DNA of 64,000 nt from an uncultured Solirubrobacterales bacterium (lineage in GTDB: Bacteria > Actinomycetota > Thermoleophilia > Solirubrobacterales > 70-9): assembly GCA_963848045.1 (NCBI GenBank), contig CAWKCC010000002.1, positions 168,374 through 232,373 of the forward strand. Direction: 5' to 3'. Below the pieces are notes generated by a model, which ran no database searches, was not told where the DNA came from, and saw nothing but the letters and a program-made list of their open reading frames with translations. Within the stretch, counting starts at the first letter, position 1; every line of letters starts with the position of its first letter. A program made the position numbers and the translations under genes. Shown piece by piece: positions 29,044 through 36,769 of this stretch.

Positions 29044-29449
29044 ATGCCGGAACCGAACGTCGAGCTGCTGAAGCCCGTGTACGTCCACTGGGCTCAGGGC
29101 AGACTTCCGACGCGTGTCCGAGGTCTACGGGCCCGAGATGGAGTGGGGCTGGTCGGACGAGTTCCCCGACCTCGGCCCTCCGCAGGTGGACCCGGCCGAG
29201 CGCAGCGAGCGAATGATGCGCTGGCTCGGCTCCTGGCAGGACTGGTGCATCGAGGCCCAGGACTACATCGCCCAGGGCGACCTCGTCGTCGTCCTCTGCC
29301 GCTACACAGGCCGCGGGCGCGGCTCCGGCGTCGCGCTGGACGAGCTGGGCGCCCACGTGTGGACGCTGCGCGAGGGCCGCGCGACCCGGCTGGAGATCTT
29401 CTCCAGCCGCGAGCGGGCGATGCGCGAGGCGGGGATCACGGCCGAGTAG
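29044..29449 (+). pseudogene. SnoaL-like / NTF2-fold protein gene interrupted by an apparent +1 frameshift at ~29101
   Basis: Frame 1 from ATG 29044 gives MPEPNVELLKPVYVHWAQG. Skipping A29101 continues DFRRVSEVYGPEMEWGW...VVVLCRYTGRGRGSGVALDELGAHVWTLREGRATRLEIF, which is track ORF 29114..29449. Together they form one typical SnoaL-like sequence. Confidence 0.55.
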
Positions 29450-29468
29450 GGCTCGCCGCCAGGACGAG

Positions 29469-29541
29469 TGGGCCGTGCAGGGATCGAACCTGCGACCTTG
29501 AGATTAAGAGTCTCCTGCTCTACCAGCTGAGCTAACGGCCC
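29469..29541 (-). tRNA. tRNA-Lys (anticodon CUU)
   Basis: Reverse complement GGGCCGTTAGCTCAGCTGGTAGAGCAGGAGACTCTTAATCTCAAGGTCGCAGGTTCGATCCCTGCACGGCCCA. It has a 7-bp acceptor stem, D and T arms (GGTTCGATCC), and anticodon loop CU-CUU-AA. CCA is not encoded. Confidence 0.9.
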
Positions 29542-29550
29542 GGGCGCCGA

Positions 29551-29556
29551 AGTATA
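29551..29556 (-). promoter_or_regulatory. Candidate -10 (TATACT) for tRNA-Lys
   Basis: TATACT on the - strand, 9 nt upstream of the mature tRNA 5' end. Confidence 0.35.
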
Positions 29557-29585
29557 GAAACGGGCCGCCGGCGCGGAAACGCGAT

Positions 29586-29606
29586 CCGCCCGGGCAGGCC
29601 GGGCGG
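29586..29606 (-). terminator. Hairpin after the tatA-tatC-X operon
   Basis: CCGCCCGG-5 nt-CCGGGCGG forms an 8-bp stem, 8 nt after the stop at 29614, followed by ..GUUU.. on the - strand. Confidence 0.4.
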
Positions 29607-29613
29607 TGCCGGC

Positions 29614-30447
29614 CTACCCGCCGCCGCTGAGGCCGCCCGCCCCGATGCCGCTCAGCGGGTTGTCCCCGGAGGCCCCGCCGGCCGAGGCCTTGGCGAGCTG
29701 CTTGCGGAAGCTCTCGATCTGCTTGTTGAGCTGGCGGCCCTGCTTCTCCACCTGGGCGAACTCCTTCTCGAAGCCGGCCTTCTCGCTCGGCTTCGCGGCG
29801 GCGAGAGCCTGCTGGGTGGCTGCCTCGGCGGCCGCGAAGTCGCCGGCGAAATAGAGGAAGAAGGCGATCTGCGCGTAGTCGGCGGCGCTGCCCCTCTGCG
29901 CGGCGATCGCCTGCTGGGCTCTGCCGGCGGCCTTGTAGTTGGCGAGCGCGTCGTCGGCGTCGGCGAGCGCCTGCTGGCCGGTGGCGCCGGAGGCCTGCCC
30001 GATCAGCGCGGTGGCCAGCGCGGAATGGGTCTGCACCGCGAGCAGCGCGACCGAGGTGTTGATCTTCCCCTTGGTGAGCTTCAGGTAGCGCGCCCAGGCG
30101 TCGGCGCTCTTCTGCAGCTCCTCCTCGGCCTCCGGCGTCAGCACCTGCTGCTGGGTCTGCTCGTCGATCTCGATCTTCTGTGTCCCGGCGCGGTAGTGGA
30201 GCTGCACCAGCTCGCCGAGCGCGGCGGTGTCGCGGGGGTTCTCGGCGAGGCGCTCCTCCTGTGTCTTGATCTCGTCCTCGAAGCCGGTATCGGCGCTGTT
30301 GCCGCCGCCGAAGATCTCGGAGAGCCCACCGCTGGCGTCGCTGCCGATGCCGAAGAAGACCAGGCCGAGCGCCAGCAGCGCCGCGAGGCCCGCGTAGACG
30401 ACCTTGATGACGCGGCGGCGGCCCGGGCTGCGCAGGTCAAAGAGCAT
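29614..30447 (-). CDS. Membrane-anchored hypothetical protein (helical/TPR-like, Gly-rich C-terminus)
   Basis: N-terminal anchor VIKVVYAGLAALLALGLVFFGIG, a helical Ala/Gln/Glu-rich body and a GG-rich tail. Starts 23 nt after the tatC stop, co-directional. Confidence 0.55.
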   Translation of the reverse strand: MLFDLRSPGRRRVIKVVYAGLAALLALGLVFFGIGSDASGGLSEIFGGGNSADTGFEDEIKTQEERLAENPRDTAALGELVQLHYRAGTQKIEIDEQTQQQVLTPEAEEELQKSADAWARYLKLTKGKINTSVALLAVQTHSALATALIGQASGATGQQALADADDALANYKAAGRAQQAIAAQRGSAADYAQIAFFLYFAGDFAAAEAATQQALAAAKPSEKAGFEKEFAQVEKQGRQLNKQIESFRKQLAKASAGGASGDNPLSGIGAGGLSGGG

Positions 30448-30469
30448 GCCCGAAAGCCTAGTGACTCGG

Positions 30470-31249
30470 TTAGGGGCGCTCGGGGATGCCCAGCTCCGCG
30501 TCGGGCTGGTCCTCGTCCTCGAAAGACGGGGTGCCGGCGATGCGCGCGAACAGCAGGCTGCCCTCGAAGAGGATCAGCAGGGGCACCATCGAGATCAGCA
30601 TCGTCACCGGGTCGGTTCCGGGCAGCAGCATCGCCAGCACGGCGATGATCAGGATCGCGTAACGGCGGTTCGCCGCGAGCTGCTGCGGGGTGACGATGCC
30701 GAGCCGCGTGATCGCGAGGATGCCGATCGGGATCTGGAAGAGGATCCCGATGGCGACGGAGGTGAGCGCGAAGAAGCTGTAGTAGTCGCGGGCCCTGATC
30801 TCGACGTTGAATTCCTGGTCGTTGAAGTTGAGCAGGAACTGCGTGGCCGCCGGAATCACCACGAAGTAGGCGAAGACGACGCCGCAGAGGAAGAGGACCG
30901 GCGCCATCAGCATGAAGGGGAGCAGGGTGCGCTTCTCGCGCGGGCTCAGCGCCGGCAGGATGAAGCCGTAGATCTCGAAGAGCAAGACCGGCAGCGTGAT
31001 GATGATCGCCGCGTAGGCCGCGACGGTGAGGGTGGTGGTGAAGGGCTCGGCGACGCCGAAGGTGATCGGGGTGCGGTCGCCCGGCAGGGGAGCGTTGACG
31101 ACATCGAGCAGCACGTTGTTCTGCCAGAAGCAGAGCGCGAGCGCGACGACGAAGAAGACGAGCGAGACGATGATCCTGCTGCGCAACTCGTCGAGGTGCT
31201 CGACGAGAGTGAGACGGTCCTCGAAGTCGACCGGCCGGAGCTTGGCCAC
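30470..31249 (-). CDS. tatC: Twin-arginine translocase subunit TatC
   Basis: LTLVEHLDELRSRII, six TM helices, and PLPGDRTPITFGVAEPFTTTL / FILPAL blocks. Confidence 0.9.
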   Translation of the reverse strand: MAKLRPVDFEDRLTLVEHLDELRSRIIVSLVFFVVALALCFWQNNVLLDVVNAPLPGDRTPITFGVAEPFTTTLTVAAYAAIIITLPVLLFEIYGFILPALSPREKRTLLPFMLMAPVLFLCGVVFAYFVVIPAATQFLLNFNDQEFNVEIRARDYYSFFALTSVAIGILFQIPIGILAITRLGIVTPQQLAANRRYAILIIAVLAMLLPGTDPVTMLISMVPLLILFEGSLLFARIAGTPSFEDEDQPDAELGIPERP

Positions 31250-31275
31250 GGCTGCGACCCTTCCTGGGGCGGCCG

Positions 31276-31530
31276 CTAGGCCTTGTTCTCGGTGACGACC
31301 TCGGCGTCGGCCGGCTCGGCCGCCTGGTTCGCCTCGAGCTCGGGGTTCGCCTCGAGCTCGGCCCTCTTGTTCGAGACGTCATCCTCATCGTGCTCGCCGC
31401 TCATGGCGCCGCGAAAGTCCTTGATGCCCTTGCCCAGCGAGCGCCCCAGCTCAGGCAGCCGCTTGGGGCCGAAGATGATCAGCACGATCACGAGCACGAT
31501 CGCGATCTCGAGGGGTCCGACGTTAGGCAT
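31276..31530 (-). CDS. tatA: Twin-arginine translocase subunit TatA/E
   Basis: [39 protein letters not shown]: canonical TatA TM plus amphipathic helix. Confidence 0.85.
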   Translation of the reverse strand: MPNVGPLEIAIVLVIVLIIFGPKRLPELGRSLGKGIKDFRGAMSGEHDEDDVSNKRAELEANPELEANQAAEPADAEVVTENKA

Positions 31531-31575
31531 GTCTGAATGGTAGCGGCGCAGGACCGCCGTGGCGAGGAGTCTCGC

Positions 31576-32163
31576 TCAACCCCTTCCCTCCCCTTCACCG
31601 GGCTCGAAGTTGAGGTAGTACCGCGACGGGGTGGGCCCCCGCTGCCCCTGGTACTTCGACCGCCTCTGGGTGCTGCCGTACGCCTGCTCGGCTGCCGTGG
31701 TCATGCGCAGGAACGAGATCTGGCCGATCTTCATGCCCGGGTAGATCGCGATCGGCAGGTTCGCCACGTTCGAGAGCTCGAGGGTGAGATGACCGTCCCA
31801 GCCCGCATCCACGAAGCCCGCGGTGCTGTGGATCAGCAGCCCCAGCCGGCCCAGGCTGCTCTTGCCCTCCAGCCTGGCCACCAGGTCGTCACCGAGCGCC
31901 ACCCGCTCGAGCGTCGATCCGAGCACGAACTCTCCGGGATGGAGGATGAAGCAGCCGCCATCGGCCACCTCGACCAGCTCCGTGAGGTCCTCCTGGGGCT
32001 GCTTCGGGTCGATGTACGGCGTCGTGTCGTTGCGAAAGACGCGGAAGAGGCGGTCCACTCGCAGGTCGACCGACGAGGGTTGCAGCGCCCCCTCCCCCAG
32101 GGGCTCGATCACGATCCCGCCGCGATCCAGCTCCTCGCGGATCGAGTTGTCCGAGAGCACCAC
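31576..32163 (-). CDS. dcd: dCTP deaminase
   Basis: [11 protein letters not shown]...IEP...[10 protein letters not shown]...[12 protein letters not shown]...[40 protein letters not shown] start at 32163/32160. The upstream part of the track ORF (to 32337) is not family-like. Confidence 0.85.
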   Translation of the reverse strand: MVLSDNSIREELDRGGIVIEPLGEGALQPSSVDLRVDRLFRVFRNDTTPYIDPKQPQEDLTELVEVADGGCFILHPGEFVLGSTLERVALGDDLVARLEGKSSLGRLGLLIHSTAGFVDAGWDGHLTLELSNVANLPIAIYPGMKIGQISFLRMTTAAEQAYGSTQRRSKYQGQRGPTPSRYYLNFEPGEGEGRG

Positions 32164-32260
32164 GGCGCTGAGGCTATAGGGAGAGGATGACCCGAATCGG
32201 CCCGGCTGGTCCCCGTTGCGCCTAAAGGTCTGCGTCGGGGCGCCCGATATGTGCCTCACG

Positions 32261-32620
32261 ATGGGCATCCCGAGGCGAACCGCCAAGACCCGAACCGCCA
32301 AGACCGTCAAAGAGGCCGAACGCTCGCGCGGGGGCATGCACGTATGCCCCGACTGCAGCTCCGGGCTGGTGCAGCCGGTGAGGTGGTTCGAGCAGGGCGG
32401 GGGGCGCTGGTTCGTGGAGCTGCACTGCCCCGAGTGCGAGTGGCACGGCGACGGCGCCTTCTCGCAGGACGAGGTTGACGCCTACGACACCGAGCTCGAC
32501 CGCGGCGGCCAGGAGCTGCTGGCCGACCTGCGATCCCTGACCAAGACCATCATGGAGGAGGAGGCCGAGCGGCTGGCGACGGCGCTCGCCGCCGACGTCA
32601 TCCTTCCCGAGGACTTCTAG
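32261..32620 (+). CDS. Small zinc-ribbon hypothetical protein
   Basis: CPDC...17 aa...CPEC followed by an acidic helical tail. Possible starts are TTG 32216 (track), ATG 32261 and ATG 32336 (MHVCPDC). No family recognised. Confidence 0.45.
   Translation: MGIPRRTAKTRTAKTVKEAERSRGGMHVCPDCSSGLVQPVRWFEQGGGRWFVELHCPECEWHGDGAFSQDEVDAYDTELDRGGQELLADLRSLTKTIMEEEAERLATALAADVILPEDF
32276..32305 (+). repeat. Perfect tandem duplication of a 15-mer (CGAACCGCCAAGACC x2)
   Basis: Read directly from the sequence. It lies in the dcd / zinc-ribbon divergent region, or in the first codons of the zinc-ribbon ORF if that starts at 32261 (encoding [10 protein letters not shown]). Confidence 0.8.
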
Positions 32621-32662
32621 GACAGCACCCACGACAGAACAATCGAGTCATCTCTCCCTGTC

Positions 32663-32692
32663 GAACGGCGGCCACTGATCTGGCCGCCGTTC
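32663..32692. terminator. Strong bidirectional hairpin between convergent genes
   Basis: GAACGGCGGCCA-CTGATC-TGGCCGCCGTTC forms a perfect 12-bp stem between the stops at 32620 (+) and 32699 (-). No clean U-tract. Confidence 0.5.
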
Positions 32693-32698
32693 GCGTTC

Positions 32699-33685
32699 TC
32701 AGGCGTAGCGCTCGACGACGCCGTCGGCGATCATGCCCAGCAACCGCCTCTCGTCGGGGGGGAATGCCCGGGGGTCAAGCGTCGCCTTCGCCCTGGCGAT
32801 CCCGGCCCAGGCGCGCTCGCGCACCTCATCCAACACCCCGGTCGCAGCGATGCGGTCGCAGACTCGCTCGGCGGCCTCGGCGTCGAGCTCGCGCAGTCCG
32901 AGGCGCTCGAGCTGGGGATCGTGGCGTCGCGCCAGAATCAGGGGGAGGTTGACCGTCCCGTCCAGGAGGTCCGTGCCGCGAGCCTTGCCGGTGCGCTCTG
33001 CGGGCCCGGTGACGTCAAGGACGTCGTCGAGCAGCTGGAAGGCGAGGCCGATCTCGCGGCCGTAGGTGGCGAGATCCTCGGTCCCGGGGGAGCCCGCGGC
33101 GAGCCTGCCGACCCGGCAGGCGGACTCGAACAGGCGCCCGGTCTTCAGCAGGCAGCGGTCGAGGTAGCGGCTCTCGCTGACCGAGGTGTCGTAGGCGTCA
33201 TGGCGCTGGGCCAGCTCCCCCCGCGCAAGCGCTCCCGAGGCGAGGCTGAGCTCTGCGAGCTCGGGCCCCGCGTCGGATCCGGCGGCCAGCTCGGCGAATG
33301 CGCGGGAGAAGAGCAGGTCACCCACCGACACGGCCGCCTGCCGTCCGGACCGGGCCACCACCGTCGGGCGACCCCTGCGGACGGGGGCCCCGTCGAGCAC
33401 GTCGTCATGCACCAGCGTCGCCATGTGGACGAGCTCAACAGCGGCGGCCGCCCGCACCGCCCGGGGGCCGGCGCCGGCCTCGCCGGCGCAGATCAACACC
33501 AGCAGCGGCCGCAGGCGCTTACCCCCGGCCGCCAGCGTCGCCTCGGCCTCGGAGCCCAGCTCGGACCCATGGCCCGTCGCGACCTCGGCCAGGCGGCCCT
33601 CGACCTGCGCGAGCTGCTCGGGCAGCCAGGCGCCGGCGACGTCCATGACCGCCGTCACCGGCGGGGGAATCGCGGAACTGCTCAC
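32699..33685 (-). CDS. hepT: Polyprenyl diphosphate synthase (HepT/heptaprenyl- or GGPP-synthase type; menaquinone side chain)
   Basis: First DDxxD LVHDDVLDG and second FQLLDDVLD, with GKRLRP upstream. The GTG start overlaps the menG stop (GTGA). Chain-length specificity cannot be read from the sequence. Confidence 0.8.
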   Translation of the reverse strand: MSSSAIPPPVTAVMDVAGAWLPEQLAQVEGRLAEVATGHGSELGSEAEATLAAGGKRLRPLLVLICAGEAGAGPRAVRAAAAVELVHMATLVHDDVLDGAPVRRGRPTVVARSGRQAAVSVGDLLFSRAFAELAAGSDAGPELAELSLASGALARGELAQRHDAYDTSVSESRYLDRCLLKTGRLFESACRVGRLAAGSPGTEDLATYGREIGLAFQLLDDVLDVTGPAERTGKARGTDLLDGTVNLPLILARRHDPQLERLGLRELDAEAAERVCDRIAATGVLDEVRERAWAGIARAKATLDPRAFPPDERRLLGMIADGVVERYA

Positions 33686-34437
33686 GAGCCGGGCACCGTG
33701 GCGCTGTGGATGGCGATGATCCCGCCCGCGAGCAGCAGCCAGCGGATCTCCGAGAAGCCGGCGGCATCCATTCGCGCCGCCAGCTCGCGCGGCTCAGGAA
33801 AGCTGCGGACCGACTCGGGCAGGTAGGCGTAGGCGTCGGAGTCGCCCGCGATGCTTCCCAGCAGCGGCACGAGACGGTCGAACCAGAAACCGTAGAAGCT
33901 CGCGAGCGGCTCACGGCGAGGCCGGGTGATCTCCAGGATCACCACCCGGCCGCCGGGCCGGAGCACCCGCCCCATCTCGGCCAGGCCGGCGTCGAGGTCA
34001 GCGAGATTGCGCGCGCCGAATCCGACCGTGACGGCATCGAAGCTCTCGTCTCCGTACGGGAGGGAGAGGGCGTCCGCCCAGCCGAACTCGACCGGCAGGC
34101 CCTGGGTCCCCGACTTGGCGCGCGCGAGGTCGAGCATCTGCTCGGAGAAGTCCGAGCCGACCACCCTGCCGTCGGGGCCGATCGCCCGCCGCAACTCGAG
34201 CGCCAGGTCGCCGGTGCCGCAGCAGATGTCCAGGGCATCCGATCCCGGGCCCACCCTGGCCCGCTCCACGGCCCGGCGCCGCCACTCGTGGTGAAGGCCG
34301 GCGGTCATGGTCGAGTTCATCAGGTCGTATACGCCCGCGATGCGGTCGAACATCCCGCGGACCTCGCCGGCGAACTCCTCGCTGCCGCGCGCGGGACGCT
34401 GATGCTGCTCGGGCGGGATCCCCTGCGTCGCTTCCAT
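33682..34437 (-). CDS. menG: Demethylmenaquinone methyltransferase (UbiE/MenG)
   Basis: VRGMFDRIAGVYDLMNSTMTAGLHHEWRR, SAM motif ALDICCGTGDLA, and VTVGFGARNL. Confidence 0.9.
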   Translation of the reverse strand: MEATQGIPPEQHQRPARGSEEFAGEVRGMFDRIAGVYDLMNSTMTAGLHHEWRRRAVERARVGPGSDALDICCGTGDLALELRRAIGPDGRVVGSDFSEQMLDLARAKSGTQGLPVEFGWADALSLPYGDESFDAVTVGFGARNLADLDAGLAEMGRVLRPGGRVVILEITRPRREPLASFYGFWFDRLVPLLGSIAGDSDAYAYLPESVRSFPEPRELAARMDAAGFSEIRWLLLAGGIIAIHSATVPGS

Positions 34438-34473
34438 CGCTACGAGCCTAGTCGCGCGCTGCCCTGGGCCGGG

Positions 34474-35175
34474 CTAGTCCAGCGAGGCGAGGAACGCCGT
34501 CAGGTCGTCCTGCTTCTGCGGGCTGAGATCCGCGTACGAGGGCATGATCCCGGGGCCGACCACGAGCGAGCGGGCGATCGCCTCACGCGGGATCTTGGCG
34601 CCGATCTCCGTCAGGTCCGGGCCCGGCCCGTCATTGCCGTTCTCGCCGATCTTGTGGCAGGCGAGGCAGCCCGATTGGGCGACCACCTGCTTGCCGGGCT
34701 CGTACTCCTTGGCGACCTGGAGGTCGATCTCCGTCGGGGTTCCGGCGTTGGCGCCGAGGAAGGTGAGGTAGGCCATCGCGATGATCGTCAGCACCGCCGC
34801 CGTGCTGGCGATCGGCCGCCGCTCGGGCCGCCGCTCGGGGCTGCGGTCGTAGAAGGGCAGCAGCAACAGCAGCACCATGCAGATGGTCGGGATGCCGATC
34901 GTCGCGAGCGGCGTCAGCGCGGCCGGCTTGATCACGCGCAACAGCTCGAACAAGAAGAAGAAGTACCACTCGGGTCTGGGCACGATGGTGGTCGAGGTCG
35001 GGTCGGCCTTCGGCCCCTGCTCCGCACCGAGGATCAGCGACATCGCGACGATCACCAGCACGACGATCAGTGCCATGACCGAGTCCTTGGCGACCGCGTA
35101 GGGGAAGAAGGGCTTGCCCTTCTTCTTCAGCGCCTCGTATTCGCGGAGGTAGGCCTCCTTCTCTCGGCCGTTCAT
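34474..35175 (-). CDS. qcrC: Menaquinol:cytochrome c reductase subunit IV / cytochrome c fusion (Bacillus QcrC-type)
   Basis: N-terminal 3-TM part with the Qo-site PEWY motif (PRPEWYFFFLFELLR). C-terminal mono-haem domain with CLACHKIG (CxxCH) and a downstream Met region (GPGIMPSY). Confidence 0.8.
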   Translation of the reverse strand: MNGREKEAYLREYEALKKKGKPFFPYAVAKDSVMALIVVLVIVAMSLILGAEQGPKADPTSTTIVPRPEWYFFFLFELLRVIKPAALTPLATIGIPTICMVLLLLLPFYDRSPERRPERRPIASTAAVLTIIAMAYLTFLGANAGTPTEIDLQVAKEYEPGKQVVAQSGCLACHKIGENGNDGPGPDLTEIGAKIPREAIARSLVVGPGIMPSYADLSPQKQDDLTAFLASLD

Positions 35176-35248
35176 CCGGCAGCTCCTCCCCTCCGCGGCC
35201 GGTGGCGGCGGGTGAGTCCGCGCTCCTGCTGTTCACCCTTAGCCGGCA

Positions 35249-36076
35249 TCAGCCCACGTCATGCTTGCGGAGGGACTTGGGCCGCTCGGCCTTCATCCAG
35301 GGGGGGGCGGTGGTGCCGAGCTTGACCACGAGATAGAGGTGCGCGCCGATCAGGGCGCCGATCAGGCCGGGGACAGCGAGCATGTGGATCGCGTAGAAGC
35401 GCTGGATCGTGGTGGCGCCGATCTCAGGTCCGGCGCGCAGGAAGTCGGCCAGGTAGGGGCCGGCGACGGGCCCGGTCGCGGTGATGTTGTTGGCGACCAC
35501 GGTCGCCCAGAAGGAGCGCTGGTCGAAGGGCAGCAGGTAGCCGGTCAGCCCCATGACCAGGGTGAGGATCAGCAGCACGACCCCGATCACCCAGTTGAGC
35601 TCGCGCGGGTACTTGTAGGCGCCGAAGAAGAAGGTCCGGCCCATGTGCAGGAAGATCAGGATGATCATCACCGTGGCGCCCCACTTGTGCATGCCGCGGA
35701 CGAACTCGCCCATGAACACGTCGTTGGTGAGGTAGGTGACCGACTCGTAGGCCTCCGTGGGCGACGGCGTGTAGTACATCGCCAGGAAGACCCCGGTCAG
35801 AGCCTGCACCGTGAAGGCGAAGAGCGTCGCCGAGCCGAGCGTGTAGAACCAGTTGGTTCCCTTCGGGACCTTGCGGTAGAGCATCCCGGTGAGCAGGCCG
35901 GTGGCGCCGGTGCGCTCGTCGACCCAGCCGACGACGTCGGCGCCCGCCTCACCGGCCGCGTCCACGGCTTGGGCCGCGCCGACCCGTGCGCCGTTGCGCT
36001 TGGCGCCGTTGCCCTGCGCGCCGTCTTCCTCAGCGGGCTTTGACGGACGCTTGATCGGGGGTGTCGCGCTGGACAT
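35249..36076 (-). CDS. qcrB: Cytochrome b6-type subunit (QcrB)
   Basis: NWFYTLGSATLFAFTVQALTGVFLAMYYTP, RGMHKWGATVMI, and FYAIHMLAVPG with His ligands. About a 50-aa N-terminal extension. The short (4-TM) split form agrees with subunit IV being in the next gene. Confidence 0.85.
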   Translation of the reverse strand: MSSATPPIKRPSKPAEEDGAQGNGAKRNGARVGAAQAVDAAGEAGADVVGWVDERTGATGLLTGMLYRKVPKGTNWFYTLGSATLFAFTVQALTGVFLAMYYTPSPTEAYESVTYLTNDVFMGEFVRGMHKWGATVMIILIFLHMGRTFFFGAYKYPRELNWVIGVVLLILTLVMGLTGYLLPFDQRSFWATVVANNITATGPVAGPYLADFLRAGPEIGATTIQRFYAIHMLAVPGLIGALIGAHLYLVVKLGTTAPPWMKAERPKSLRKHDVG

Positions 36077-36088
36077 CGAGGCCGCTCC

Positions 36089-36769
36089 TTACGGTGCCGG
36101 CGGCGTCGACGGCCGCGGCGGATAGAGATATTCCCAGATGCCGCCCGTGAACTCGCCGGGGTCGCGGGTTCGCACCGGTTCGAGCTGCGAGGTGACGCTG
36201 AAGCGGGGGCCGACCTCGACCTGCTTACCGTCGGCAGAGAGGCGGGTCTGGAAGCGATCGAGCGGGCGCACGGGCGGTCCGCCGATCACCTTGCCCTCGA
36301 AGTCGTAGACGCCGCCGTGGCAGGGGCAGATGAAATTGCCTGCAGCCTGGACGTAGCGCACGGGGCAGCCGAGGTGGGCGCAGCGGGTGGTGATCGCTAC
36401 GAAGCCGTTCTCGTCCTCGCCCAGATCGACGCGTCCCTTGCGCACGTAGACGGTGGTCTTGCCGGCCTCTCCGATCCCCGGCACCGCCGTGATCACGACG
36501 TCGCGGTAGGTGTCCGCGGCGAAGTCGCCGATCGGGCCGACCGCCTGCCAGAAGTCGCCCTCCTCCTCGAACAGCGGCGCCATCGCGAACCCGATCGCCG
36601 GCAGAGCGACGATCGAGATGGCGGCGATGCCTGCGGCCTGACCGCCCACCGTGAAGGCGGCCCGGCGCGTCATCGTCTCGCCCTCGTAGAAGCCCGCGGG
36701 ATCGGGCTTCTGAAGCCGTTCGGGGGCGCCGTCCGGCTTTCCCTGCTTGCTGTCTGGTGAGTCAGCCAC
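36089..36769 (-). CDS. qcrA: Rieske [2Fe-2S] subunit (QcrA)
   Basis: CAHLGCPV and CPCHGGVYD boxes with an N-terminal TM anchor. The GTG start overlaps the upstream gene by 8 nt. Confidence 0.85.
   Translation of the reverse strand: MADSPDSKQGKPDGAPERLQKPDPAGFYEGETMTRRAAFTVGGQAAGIAAISIVALPAIGFAMAPLFEEEGDFWQAVGPIGDFAADTYRDVVITAVPGIGEAGKTTVYVRKGRVDLGEDENGFVAITTRCAHLGCPVRYVQAAGNFICPCHGGVYDFEGKVIGGPPVRPLDRFQTRLSADGKQVEVGPRFSVTSQLEPVRTRDPGEFTGGIWEYLYPPRPSTPPAP

Noticed and set aside
29044-29535. 163-aa + strand ORF running from the SnoaL-like start across tRNA-Lys
   Set aside because: Only its first ~19 codons look like protein (SnoaL N-terminus). After 29101 the family-like sequence continues in another frame. 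The remainder is Arg/Gly-rich and overlaps the tRNA gene.
22445-29541. The accessory block as a tRNA-Lys-integrated genomic island or mobile element
   Set aside because: No integrase, recombinase, transposase or phage genes were seen. There is no visible direct repeat of the tRNA 3' end, and the base composition resembles the rest of the window. It is kept only as a low-interest check.
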